Shown piece after piece: positions 38,331 through 49,767 of a stretch of 59,952 nt of DNA. The position numbers and the translations under genes are program-made. The DNA is from Chara braunii (lineage: Eukaryota > Plantae > Charophyceae): the NCBI GenBank assembly GCA_003427395.1, contig BFEA01000021.1, forward strand, positions 5,338,862-5,398,813, given 5' to 3'. Positions within the stretch are counted from its first letter, which is position 1, and each line of letters begins with the position of its first letter. The notes under the pieces were generated by a model. The model was given only the letters and a program-made list of their open reading frames with translations, was not told where the DNA came from and made no database searches.

Positions 38331-38695
38331 AACACAGGGGAGGCCCAAGCTTCACTCTTGCAGTTTCTGTCAGCGCTCCGGTCAGTGGAAGTCCTTCAAC
38401 AATCTGTAGCATTTTCAGGCAATCAGTGTTTGGTGACTTGACATCCCAGGACCCGATTATGATTTAATCAGAGTTTTAATTAGTACTCATAATCAACACT
38501 CAATCAGTTTCAATCAGCAGTTCAACAACATTCAGTTTCAATCAGCACTCGGTAGCCTGTCATTTTAGCAAACATTCAATCTTAGTCTGAACGAAACAAC
38601 CGCTTGGCCGTTGCTATCCAACACGAAGTTTTAACATTATTCAGGTGGTATCCTTGCCAGAAAGTACCGACCAATCCCAATTTCCACCTCAACCT

Positions 38696-39379
38696 ATGAG
38701 TACAGTCCTATCATCCTCAGTTCAGGAGACTGTCCTGACCAGCCTCAATCTGATCGCGTCCAGAGATGCCTTCCGTTATCGGTATGTCGGTGAAGTCGGC
38801 TTCAGACAGGAGGATCTATCCATCTATGTGGTCCACACTGAGTTTGTTGGTGGTATCATTCATGACCTGAGACCCTATGTGAGGAAAGGTAAGACACATG
38901 AGCACTTTGACTCAGTCTGGGCTGCGGCAACCCGGTACCTAGAAGAGAGGGAGAAGGAGCTTGATGAGGGTGGAACAAAGTTGATCCGCAGCTTCGGACC
39001 AAAGCTCTACACAGATTATCCCAAGCCTCCAGTACCTTTCACTTTCACAGATGGCTCTTGCTGGGGTGACCTGGTGGATCTAGCTAAGAGATACATTTCC
39101 CCGACAGTGATTAACTACGAGGCAGTAACGGAGCCATCAGAGTTTCGGCATCTCAGGCGAGGGGTTTTCTCTCAACCATATCTCCCCACACTATGGGAGG
39201 AGTTTTGTGTCATGGTTGATTTCCGTATTATGGGACTTGGACGGAAGTGCTCAGAGCTAGCAGGCTTCAGGTGGCTCTATATCCAGAGGGCACAATCTCA
39301 GAAAGTACGCAGACATGGTTCCAAGCACAAGAAACGAGCAGTCAAACAAGAGATTGAGTGTGAGAGCCTAGAGGGATGA
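38696..39379 (+). CDS. intact orphan protein (227 aa from first ATG) with a basic NLS-like C-terminus
   Basis: Uninterrupted, complex-sequence ORF (open from 38645) ending in KVRRHGSKHKKR, with a CAA/TCAATCAG-rich upstream leader. Confidence 0.6.
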   Translation: MSTVLSSSVQETVLTSLNLIASRDAFRYRYVGEVGFRQEDLSIYVVHTEFVGGIIHDLRPYVRKGKTHEHFDSVWAAATRYLEEREKELDEGGTKLIRSFGPKLYTDYPKPPVPFTFTDGSCWGDLVDLAKRYISPTVINYEAVTEPSEFRHLRRGVFSQPYLPTLWEEFCVMVDFRIMGLGRKCSELAGFRWLYIQRAQSQKVRRHGSKHKKRAVKQEIECESLEG

Positions 39380-40009
39380 GTGAGGACTATTGAAGAGTGC
39401 TGACTATGTCTGTTCATCTGTACTTTCTGAGACTATTATGAGTTCTCACTTTTCCCTCACTCATCTTGTATTTGCCTTGAGTCAGTCAGCCTTGATTATC
39501 TCTCCTGACATCGCTTGATGATTGTATTCTCCGATGATTCTGTCACACTTCTGAAAACTAGAAAATTGGCAAAATTGATACATGCATGACATTTCAAAAC
39601 CCCATGATTATTATTCGCATTATTCTTTGCTGTTCTGAATTAAAACAAAAGATTCCTAAGACCGGGGACCGGTGAAGACCGCAATTGAAGGGTCTCGCTC
39701 GAAGCCGGACGCACACAACAGGAAGGGATTTGCTATATTTAATTTATTTTATTTATAACAAGCAAACTACAAAATCCTGCCGCCTGTTGGCTTTCTGGTC
39801 GCTTGAAGAGGCCGACTAGAAAAAGTGCGACACCGGGCCTGCAGGCCTCTTACTGCGCGCCAAGCTTTTCCAAGCCGCCAGCGGTGCACTTTTTTTCTTG
39901 TTTGGCTGGCGCCGCCAGCCATCGTGGTCCGGTAGCCCGAGCCTCCGAAATTTTCGTAGGCCACGAGTTTCTTTTTCAGCAAGGCTGGGGCCGTTTACTG
40001 GCGGTTTAA

Positions 40010-40600
40010 GATGGTCCCCCTATAGTCGAAGAATCTGCAAGGGCTGATGGGCAGGATATCCGCCACAATGACAATGCCTTTCAAAGGTTGGGAGATGAGG
40101 GTGAGGTCTATCCTAGAGTTGGATAGCCTCGCTTCTCCCCTGGACCTGAGGCATGTGTAAGCTCTTTTTGGGGGATCAGCAAACAAAAAGCATCCAGCAA
40201 TTGCAAGTTGGCCGTGAAACGGGCCCGGGGGGGGCCGGGGGGGGGGGGAGAGGGGCCAGGTACGTGTGTACCTTGCCTTTCAGTGGCAATGGCCCTCCTG
40301 TCCATTGCCGGATCCAGTGTGATGTTGAAGTCTCCGGCAATGATAATGGGGACGTCAATGGGTAGCTCCGGGAAGAGAAGGTGTAGGAAGTGGACCCTTT
40401 CCATCGGGTCATTTGTATCGTAAGCACTGCTTATCCACATCTCTCCCCCCTGGGAGTCAGCTTTTAGGTAAGCCCATTTCCGTTCCGTTTTGTCATATTT
40501 AAATTGTATGGGTGTTAGTCTCGCTGGGGGGGTAACCAGATTGTCATGTTTAAATTGTATGGAATCACCTGTTCTGGTTGGGGCTGAGAATGGCACATAC
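40010..40600 (-). pseudogene. LINE ORF2 apurinic-type endonuclease domain relic
   Basis: ISSAYDTNDPMER; IIIAGDFNITLDPAMDR; LQLLDAF; SRIDLTLIS; FFDYRGTIL (SDH-equivalent). Continues into 32209. Confidence 0.88.
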
Positions 40601-40899
40601 AGCCAGATCCATTTGAGTTGAGCCCCGTGAGAAGCTGGATGGAGGAGGTGAGTCTGTTGGATACAGATTGTGTCGGACCAACCACCACCTTCAGTGTGTC
40701 TGAGGACGTTCCAAATCGTTTTTTTCTTTTCTTGTCATCTGCAACCCGGAGTCCATTGAGCAATCTTAGTTCTATCAACTTCTACGTCCATTTGCTGGAG
40801 TTTTGTTTCCCAGTCCAGCAGGCGTCTAATGGGGTAAGGGACTCGAAGGGGTGGCAGGGACTTTGGGGATGGGGGGGCGTCTGGTGAGAATGGGTTTCT

Positions 40900-41900
40900 C
40901 AGGGGGGGAGGAGGGGGGCTGGCCCGAAGTGATCAGTCTCAGGCTTTGGTCTTGATCTTTATTGTCTGAGGTTGATCGTTGCTCTGATTCTCTGGATTGG
41001 CCTGCATTTATTTATGCCGTGTCAATCTTTTCAAAAACTTAACTCAGTTGCTGCTTTCGTTTCTCAGAGAGCGGCTGTGTACCTGAGGGGTTATCACAGT
41101 TGTTATGCAGATCGAAGAAGGGGCTCTCCAGCAGGTGGCAGATGAAGGCGATCACCTGGGATGAGAGCCACGTTGCATAGGTTCTTATCTTGGCTGCGTA
41201 TATTTCAAGCAGATCCCCGCGTGTCATCCACGTCAAGGATGTGTCGTCGGTGTCACAGATGATAAGACTAAGGTCTATCCCCTCTGACAGCAAATGTGGT
41301 CGGTGGATGACGATGTTTTTGGCCCCCATTAAGCTGTTCTGATTGATTTACTGCTGGGTCCTGCTCAGCAGCTCGTCAATTGAGGCAACAGAACCTGTCC
41401 ACCCTTCCAAGGACAGGCCCGCTGGCAGTTGTCCTCTTGAAGCAGTGAAGGAAAAATCTGCACATTTTCTAATTGTTGTTTCTTTCCCAACTGCCACGGG
41501 GCTCCATGTTTTCAAGCACCGGTGGAGGTGTTCACAGATGCATCTTCTGATTCTTGATTTTTCACCGAAAAGAGAGAGAAACTGCGGAAAACTTTCTGTC
41601 CTGAGCCGTCTGACTGCACATGGCGCAAAATCTCCACACACTAGGACTTTTTTGACGGAGATTTGGTTGTCTACTACAATCTGTAATTCAGGTCAGAGAC
41701 ATCCAGGAAACTCCTAGTGCGAGTATGCCCGGAGTGGTCACAAAATCTGTACTGGTGTGACTGCCTTACTTACCTGGACAGAACATCTTATCCTGATGAA
41801 TGTATACAGGCTCGATCCTGATATGGCCTTGATTAATATAGGGAGCAATCTTCGCACAGACAAGGTTAGGTAGGCAGAGTGCCAGAATTCTTTCTACCCT
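40900..41900 (-). pseudogene. probable LINE ORF1 relic
   Basis: Broken minus-strand ORFs directly upstream of the endonuclease. Assigned by position only. Confidence 0.4.
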
Positions 41901-43369
41901 GCCGCAAATCGCACAGAATTTGCGATGAAAAAGTACCAGCGTGAGTATGCCCGCAGTCTCGCAAGCTCATTTTCCGAAAGTGGAGCCAGGCGCACAGAGC
42001 AGATTAGCAGGGCTCATGCTCCTCCCCCTCCCACCCCCCATCCTGAAGAACCATGTTGGTTTTTATCCAACCCAAAATCAAAAGAAAAAGCCCTGGTTCG
42101 TATCCAACCACAAACAAACAGACAACAAAATATGGTCCTTTACCGTTAATAAAGAAAAAACGAAAAACAGTTGTTCCTAGATTTTGTATAGCCTTTCCTG
42201 GATTTTAACTGCATAGTTTCGTTTTTTTTTTTTGACACATGTCATTCTCAGACTGCTGGTTGCCTTCATGCCGTCATCTGATCCCCGAACTCCTGCCTCT
42301 CCTTGGTGAAGTTAAACTAAGGACATACTCACACTACCATATTTTCACTTGCTTCCATACGAAATTTAGGGCCAGATGCATACACATCCTGCGGTAAATG
42401 TGCGGTCAGATACATTTAAGATAGTGTTAGATTTGAGTACACCGTTAGGGCCTCTCTCCACTACTCTAGATTTTGCCAAATGGAGACTTTCGGTCTCGCT
42501 CCGCCGCTCTCTGAATTTGGCGACAGTTTTGCAAAATTAAGAGTAGTGGCGGCCAAGAGTGGTGTCGGAAATGGAGAGTCGCCAGCCTGCAAAGTCGAAA
42601 ACTGGAGGGGAGCCCTCCGCCGCTCTTGGCACTCTTGATTTGGCCTCAAGTCGGGACAGCCAGGTGNGAGCCCTCCGCCGCTCTTGGCACTCTTGATTTG
42701 GCCTCAAGTCGGGACAGCCAGGTGTGTTCGACGGTTTCGTTTTCTCTGTCTTTTTTTCTATAACAGTACAAAAGTGGTAGAGGGAGTAGTGGAGCAAGGA
42801 AGCTCTTTTTTCAGATTCTCACTCGCTATTCACTCTCGACCAACTCTCGATTTCTCGGTCGACTCGACAGTGGTGGATTGAGGTCCTCAGAGACTGTTCA
42901 CTGGATGATTTCTTGCTTTTTTCTTTCCTGGATCCCACATGTACTACTTGAATGCCACACAGAGGTGAGGGGAAGGGAAAAAAAAAAAAAAAAGAATGCC
43001 ACAGTATGGCCAGATTTTCAGGCAAAAAATGGATAAGCTTCCAGGGAGAGGGTAGGTGCTGACCTTGGGCATCCATTTGCCGCCCACAGAATGTGAAAAC
43101 AACAAAAACTATTGAGGGTGTATCTTTCTATGTTTTTGTGGACGATGCATGCTCCATTTTGCACATTCCGGGAGTAGTGTGGCGAGGCCCTTTTTCCCAT
43201 ACTCACCATGACTGGGCAGACCTTATTCCACAACATATAATGGCCACCTTTCTGCTGGGATTTAACGATCACCCTGTCCTTGAAGCTACATGTCGCATCT
43301 TGGAAGACTGGAGCGGAGAGCCTTTCTTTTTTTCTTTCTTCGTTTTTTTTTGGAGAGCCTTTTGTTCTT

Positions 43370-45860
43370 CCTTCTTTTTTTTTTCTTTTTTTTTTTTTTG
43401 AACCGTGCTCCATCTATTGGTGGGGAGCAGCACCTGCTGGAAAACGGGTCCAGCGTCCCAGAACATTATATGCATTGAGGAACAGTTGAAAGCGAGATAT
43501 GATCTTTGGCTGCCAGCATTGACTACCCCAGTGGACCTGGGGGTTTAACTGGGCAGCTTTGGAAGATTCTGCCTCTTCAATCTCCAAGGAGACGCCCAAT
43601 CCATCATTCGTTGCACTAGCAGCTTCCTTCCTACCTCGATACTCTGAGAGTACCTTCCATCTGCCAGCATTGATTGCCCTGGAAACCAGGGGATTGACTG
43701 CACAGATGGTAAAGGAAAAGAGAATGATATTTGAGGATGACACTGAGAATGTGTAGCTAGTGTCCCACCCCGGGGGGCACCGAGGTATAACACCTTGATC
43801 AGTTTGGAATGATAGCCAGGGAAAGGGGGTGAGGTGGGAATGGGTCCGGGAATTCAGATGGGGGTCTGATTGGGAAGGAAGGCTTAATATTAATCCAGTC
43901 ATTAAAGTCTAAATTGTAATCTCTAGAGGGACCCTGCTCTGTCAAAGCAACTCGGTCCCCCCCCCCATTCCACTCGTGCTATCCATCCCCCCCGTTGTCC
44001 CCCTAGCCAATTTCTGCAGAAGGAGGTAATTGCCTTTTTTTTCTCTTTTTTTTTTTTAATATCCTTGCGCAGGGGCCATGCTAATCTTCTCTGTATAAAC
44101 GGATGTCCAGATGGACGAGGTAATTGCCTTCTTAATATCCCGGTCGGTCTGAAAGATGTCTCGCTGGGCCTTGAGTTTGCGCCACCTTTGTGTTAGCTCC
44201 AGCTCGATGAGCTCTTTAAACTGTCCTGTCAATTCAGGGCCCTCTACCCTGACCCCTTCCAGAGCCAGGGTACCGCGCTGCCACCACAACACCCATAGGA
44301 TCGTCTGTCTTCCTAATCTGTACCAATTGTTCTCAAATGTGGATGCTTGTGCCATTGTAGGGCAGTGATCTACCAGTATGGCCTGCCAGGACCATGGCCA
44401 AGGCGTTTCAGATCCCATTTTTCGCCGGATGCAATCCCACCAACGCCACGTTAGCAATGCGACAGGGCATTGCATGAAAATGTGTTCGATAGTCTCGTTT
44501 CGCTTTTGCGAGGGGTAGGCTGTGGTGCATCTCTGGCACCATGGAAGCGCCGGCCCTTTTTGTTCCAAGCGAGTGTGGTCTATCAGCCAGGCATTTGTTG
44601 GCAGGCAGCGGTGGGTGATCTGCCACTGCAAGGCTGTGATTTTTGTTGGTCTCACCTTGGTCTCACTGAACCATCGAATTGGTGTCAAGAAGGTTCTGGC
44701 AACGTTCAGGTGTTTGGCCCACCTGTCTATAACCACCTCTCAAAGCACTCTCTTAGGCCGGAGCATCTTATATGTGGACCTAACTGACAGGGAGCGCAAG
44801 TGGATCCGTTTGTTGGAGAAAACCCCGGGTCTTCGTGCTATTCGCCACTGCCACTCCTGAGGGTCCATGGCCAACTCATGGATGGGTGTCTGTGGCTGAA
44901 AAGTCGTGGCCTCTTCCCCCTCCCCTAATACCCGTATCCTGAACACATCCGAGTTGTCCCGCCACTCGAAAGGGTTAGTGGAGCCCCCAAGCTGGTTCCT
45001 TGCATTTATCGTGTAGTATTCGGTCAGCACGTCTGCAAGCTGTACCGTATGGATTCTTCCCATCCTGCTAGGGTCGTCCCAAAGCGCCACCCAATCCCCT
45101 TCCTGAAATCAAGGTCCCTTTTTAAGCAGCCTGTACTAGGCAAGCGGTATTGCTTCTGTAATCAGCTCTAAATGGCTCTCTATGCGGTGACAATACCGCA
45201 GGGAGCCCCACGGCTTAGCCGTTGTCTTCCAGTCCCCATAAATGGCCAACCCTTAGCACTCCCTGCTTAACCCACCCCTTCCATGGAGCCGCTGAACTAC
45301 ATAGCACCTGGCCATGGTTGGGGGCAATCCAGCGGTTACCAAAGAGGGGTTGGCGGTACACCTCTTCCCAGTGGTCCGGTGCTGGTTTGTCGGGAAGGGG
45401 AAGCTTGCGCCAGTTTTTCAAGATCGTGGACCAAAATTCTGCTATTGGCTGGCCCTGAGTTTTTCGTGGGATCGACCAATAGTGGTCCTCTAGCCACGTG
45501 AGGGGGTCCACCTCTAACAGGGCAGACGGGGCTAATCGTGCAATGTGCTCAAGCGCCAATGCCCTCCATGGGCTTCTAGTGGTAAGGATCAACATCTTCA
45601 GCCATTTGCGTCGGAGGGCCTGAACCTGCGTTAGAGGATCTATCATGCTGAGTCCCCCCACCCTCTTCGGTTGTATAACCGATTCCCACGCCACCCGGCT
45701 AATCACATTTGCCCACTCGTCATTACCCCGCCATAAAAAAGTCGCTGCCTTGGCTTTGAGGGCTTTGAAGGCCGCCTTGCTCAATGGCCACAACACTGAT
45801 TTGTACCACAAGGTGGCAAACACCATGTTGTTAATTGCCATTGCCCTACCAAAAACAGAG
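43370..45860 (-). mobile_element. 5'-truncated L1/Tx1-type LINE: ORF2 C-terminal half, ~650-bp 3' UTR, poly(A)
   Basis: INNMVFATLWY...FLWRG...RVAWESVIQPKRVGGLSMID; WEEVYRQPLFGNRWI; LQWQITHRCLPTN...CQRC...ETIEHIFMQCP...ILWVLWWQR (zf-RVT). T-tract at 43370-43399. Confidence 0.92.
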
Positions 45861-46912
45861 ATGTGCTTATTGCGCCAAGTTTGTTTTTCCTTGGTTTTTG
45901 CGAAAAGGAGTTTAATATGGGGTCAAAGGATATCTATGCATCCTTTTGAAAGAAATAAGGTTTCATTTCAGGTGTGTATTGCTTTTGAAGGCGAGCTTTT
46001 CTTGCTGGCAGCTGTGTGTTTTGACAAGTCCTCACGCTCCCACGTTTTAAATTCCATGAGCACCCCTCGTCTTAAGTGCTTCTTCGTAAGGTTGCCAAAT
46101 GGTTGCTCCAGCATTCAAATTAGTGCCCCATTGGGCACTGTTTCGAACCTATAAACTATTTTTTCGGGACCTGGTCAAGGCACAACAGATGGAAGGTTCT
46201 CCTCGGGATTTGCATTTTACCACCTCCATTCTGTGAGGTGCTCTCTTTTGTATTGTTGTTGCCATCTGGATGTAGACCCGCTGTGACAGTTTTTCGACTT
46301 TTGTTGCACAATAGTTGTGACTTTGCTTTCAACTTTTTGGTAGGTTGTCTATTTGATGGACTGCTGCTCCTTCCTTAAAAAAATTTTTGGGTTGGTCTAG
46401 TCTTTTTTTTTTTTTTTTCCCTCATCTATCTCATCCTCTCACTACTCTATGTACGGAGGAACACCAACCAACCTGGATCTCTCCCCAGCCCATGGGTAGG
46501 TTCGCACCACAGGGGTGGTGTGAGAGCAAGGCTGCCCCTCATCACGGTGATGCGGGGTGGGCAGGCGTTGCCGATGGGGGAAACCAGCAGAGCTGGTTCA
46601 GTTTTCTTTATTTGATTTTGTGCTTTTCTTCTAAAGCATGTTTTCAACTTTGCTTTGCTTTCAGCACGACTCCAGTCCAAGCTTGGCGGATTTGCTCGAC
46701 TCATTCCATTGGCATATTTGTAAGAGACGCCTCGCCCGGTTTTTGGCATTGTCCATAAGTCAGCCTTGGGCACAAGGCTGTTTTGCAAGGGAAAAAAGAA
46801 GAAAAGAATGGATCAACCAAGAACAACAAGAGGCGATTGACTTCAAGTCGTCAACCTTGCGCGGAGCTCCACATCTGCAGCCAAATATCAGACCTGGGTA
46901 GCACGGCGTACA

Positions 46913-49477
46913 TGTGATGTTCTAACCTCATGCCCTGTTCTGTCTTCCGGTCGGAGTGATAAATTATGCGGAATAGGCCCTGAAAGAACAACAAAATGGG
47001 GTGTGCCAAGGATTTTTGGGAATATTGAGTGTGGGGCCACAAACGGAATTGGAAACCCCCGTGTGATTTTAGTTTTAGTGAGAATGGGCCATAGCTGCGC
47101 GAGAAAGAATGGCACGAGCTACTTTCAAGGGTTCGCCAAAAAGTATCTTTGAACCTCCATGTGGGCTACTCGTCGTCTGTTCGAACGGAAAGGTGGGGGT
47201 ACGCTCTTGGGGTCTCTTTTTCGAATCAAATCTCGGCGCCGCTCGTTACAGAGTTCAGAATCCGACGTGGACGGCCTCAGTTGGGTTGCTCTTTCCATGT
47301 ATTCGTTTTCACCACGTGTCCGGTAGTGGAACCCCTTTTCCCGATAATGCTCGGTGAGGCAACAATCGCTACACATAGTGTGGGGCCAATGAGGCGTCAC
47401 TGTCGTCCACGGGATGACAATCAATTCGTTAAAGGAAATAATAAAGAGTACGGGAGAAAGTGGGTATCGATAATGACAAAACCAGCGCCTACGAATCCCG
47501 AGCACCTTGTTTCGGGTGGAAAATAATAGCGCCCGCCAATATTGGCGGCGACTTCTCGTATGTCCCACTCACATACGCGTGTCCTTTCCTCGTTATACGG
47601 GAACGGTCATGATGAGGATACGAGAAGTCAACACCAGTCGGATCGGGACAATAGGTCCACATGGCATAAGCAAAACTGACCACGTGAGTCCACTCAAGTC
47701 GTTATTCAATCAAAGAAGTAAACATTCGCAATGCTACGTGCTCATTGCCTTTCATCCATCGTGCAAACCGATCCAAAAAATGTGAGTTCAATCCAATCAA
47801 GAAGATAATCATCATTCATTGAGTGAGTGGTGAGCATGCATTCACATAATCTCAGCAAAATCTTACCTCGGTTACCTTAGCAACAACACAATCGATGCAT
47901 GCATGTAACATACCTCGCATGCATGAACCATCAAATGTTAGTAGACATGGACGGGGGCAGGGTAAGATCACCCGGGTTTACTGGTCCTCAAATTCAATAA
48001 CACTCGTTCTTGCGAGGTCCGATTTAATTTGACAGGGACGAGTGGAATAAAGGGATCATCATATCTTTCCGACATCCATATGGTGAACTGGCGCAAGGAG
48101 ACAAGAATGAGAGAGAGATAGCAAGGAGAATATCATAGCATTGACCGAAGAAGGGACTAAGAAAAAGAGAGAGGGAACTCTGATCATACAAACAAGCTTG
48201 AGGGGGACAACAATTGGCTATCCATTGTGGACTTAGCTTCAGAGAACCTGAAGAAGAAGAACTGAAAATGACGGTGCACGAGCCTTCTGCTCTCTGATTA
48301 TGGCCCCTGGCTATGCAACCACTCGTACACACATACGCCCTTCTTACTCAGGTACTGACGATCTCGACTGCCACGTACCAACCTCCATACCACAGCGATC
48401 GTCACCCCGCCAACTCAACTTTTGCACCGACTTGCCCAGATCCCGCAGCTCGTCGCGATCACCTGACGCACAACTTTGCATAAACTGCAGTCAGCTCGTT
48501 AGGACTTTTAGACTCGCCGCATACACATCACCTAGCCACAACTTCCCTGAAGCAAAGAGAGATTTCCAAACGGGCTTGCGGGTTTTATAGTTGCAAAGAG
48601 GGGGAGGGAAAACAGGGAAGATTGGGGCGGAGATAGGAGGGGGCGAGGAGAGAGTGCAAGTTAATTGCCTGAGGAAAACCATATCGATCCTCACAAGTCT
48701 TTAGCCGCCAATCATATTACAGTGCGAGGGGAGTATCCCTCGTACACACTTTCGTCTGAGGCTTCGAGTATTCTGGGAAGGGGATCAGTAGAGAGTTCTT
48801 GACTGGGGGCTAAGGCAGGAAGAAAGAGAGTGTGACACGGGACAAAGATTCAGGCGAGAGGGGAAGGGGAGAAGTGTGAAGAGAGGGGGGGGAAGGATGG
48901 AAAATAGTTATGGGTGAAAGAGAGAAGGCGCGAAGAAGAGAGGGTGACGATGGCATAGGTCATAGCGGGAAGGGGGGCAAGCTTGCATACGTGGCGCCAA
49001 CATAGAAAAGAAACGGGCATCGAAACAGTCGTTCATCCTAGTTCTTAAACTAATTCAAGATTAAAAATTTCAAAAGCAATATTAGCGCGCAAAATTGAGC
49101 GCACAAAAATCCTCTAGGTTCATCTAACTCCTACAAAAATTCACAGAGCTTTCAAAGGCAAGTGCGGGAACATCCACTTGCAGGAAAGGAGACGTAAGCG
49201 TCCAGAGTTCCCAACTACCGAACAAAATTCCTAGCGCCCTCGCTAAGGCGCGCGTAATTCCTACGTAGATGCATGGATTGCCGAAAAGAAATTGCAAGGA
49301 AGTCCGAAAAAAACATCGTCTTAGACGCGAGAGGGCCTGGTTGGCCTGCGATTTCGTGCATTAAGGTGATAACAAAAACAGGGGTACCCCAAAAGCCCAA
49401 GAGAGATCCAAAGAGTAGGAACAACAAAAACTCAGGGCTTCAGAAGGTCGTTTGGGTACAAAAGCTGGTATGTCACA
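46913..49477 (-). mobile_element. LTR, ~2.56 kb (3' LTR of the gypsy element to the right, or a solo LTR)
   Basis: TGTGATG...TGTCACA ends. 46924-48280 aligns continuously with 57184-58545. Minus-strand TATAAAA at ~48583-48589. Confidence 0.85.
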
Positions 49478-49767
49478 TATGTGACGTTCAAGGGGTTCCA
49501 AAATTATGCGATCTCCTGATTGCATGCACGTAAGTCAAGCTAATTTACATGAGAAAGAGAGAGAGGAAGACAGAGGAACCCGGAGTATCAACAAGCAGAG
49601 GAGCGCACATTGGTACATCAGCAAACAGAGAGAAGCACATGTTGGTGTGAACTTCAATTGCAATATCCTCGTGAAGTTCTTGTCGTCGCATCTCGCTGAT
49701 ATTCGTCCTCTTTCCAGGAGTGCCTTGTTGTCTTCCAGATGGCATCATCTGGATCTAGCTTGCCGGC

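Larger units (their letters stand above)
32214..40005. mobile_element. 7.8-kb TTAA-flanked DNA element with cargo and no recognisable transposase
   Basis: TTAA|ACCACCAGTACAC...GTTTACTGGCGGT|TTAA (11/13 TIR match). Excision restores LINE ORF2 in frame: DYRGTIL-RLPFHSHINRGSGYFKF. Confidence 0.85.

Noticed and set aside
41766-41779. TACTTACCTGGAC, matching the U1 snRNA 5' end
   Set aside because: Only ~13 nt with no downstream U1 stems; equally a chance minus-strand splice-donor-like word.
42610-42725. 57-bp exact duplication around the N at 42667
   Set aside because: Single-N joint; probably an artefact.
42240-43320. Possible minus-strand exons (GTGAGT donors), perhaps continuing at 45860-46380
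   Set aside because: No coherent reading frame or recognisable domain.
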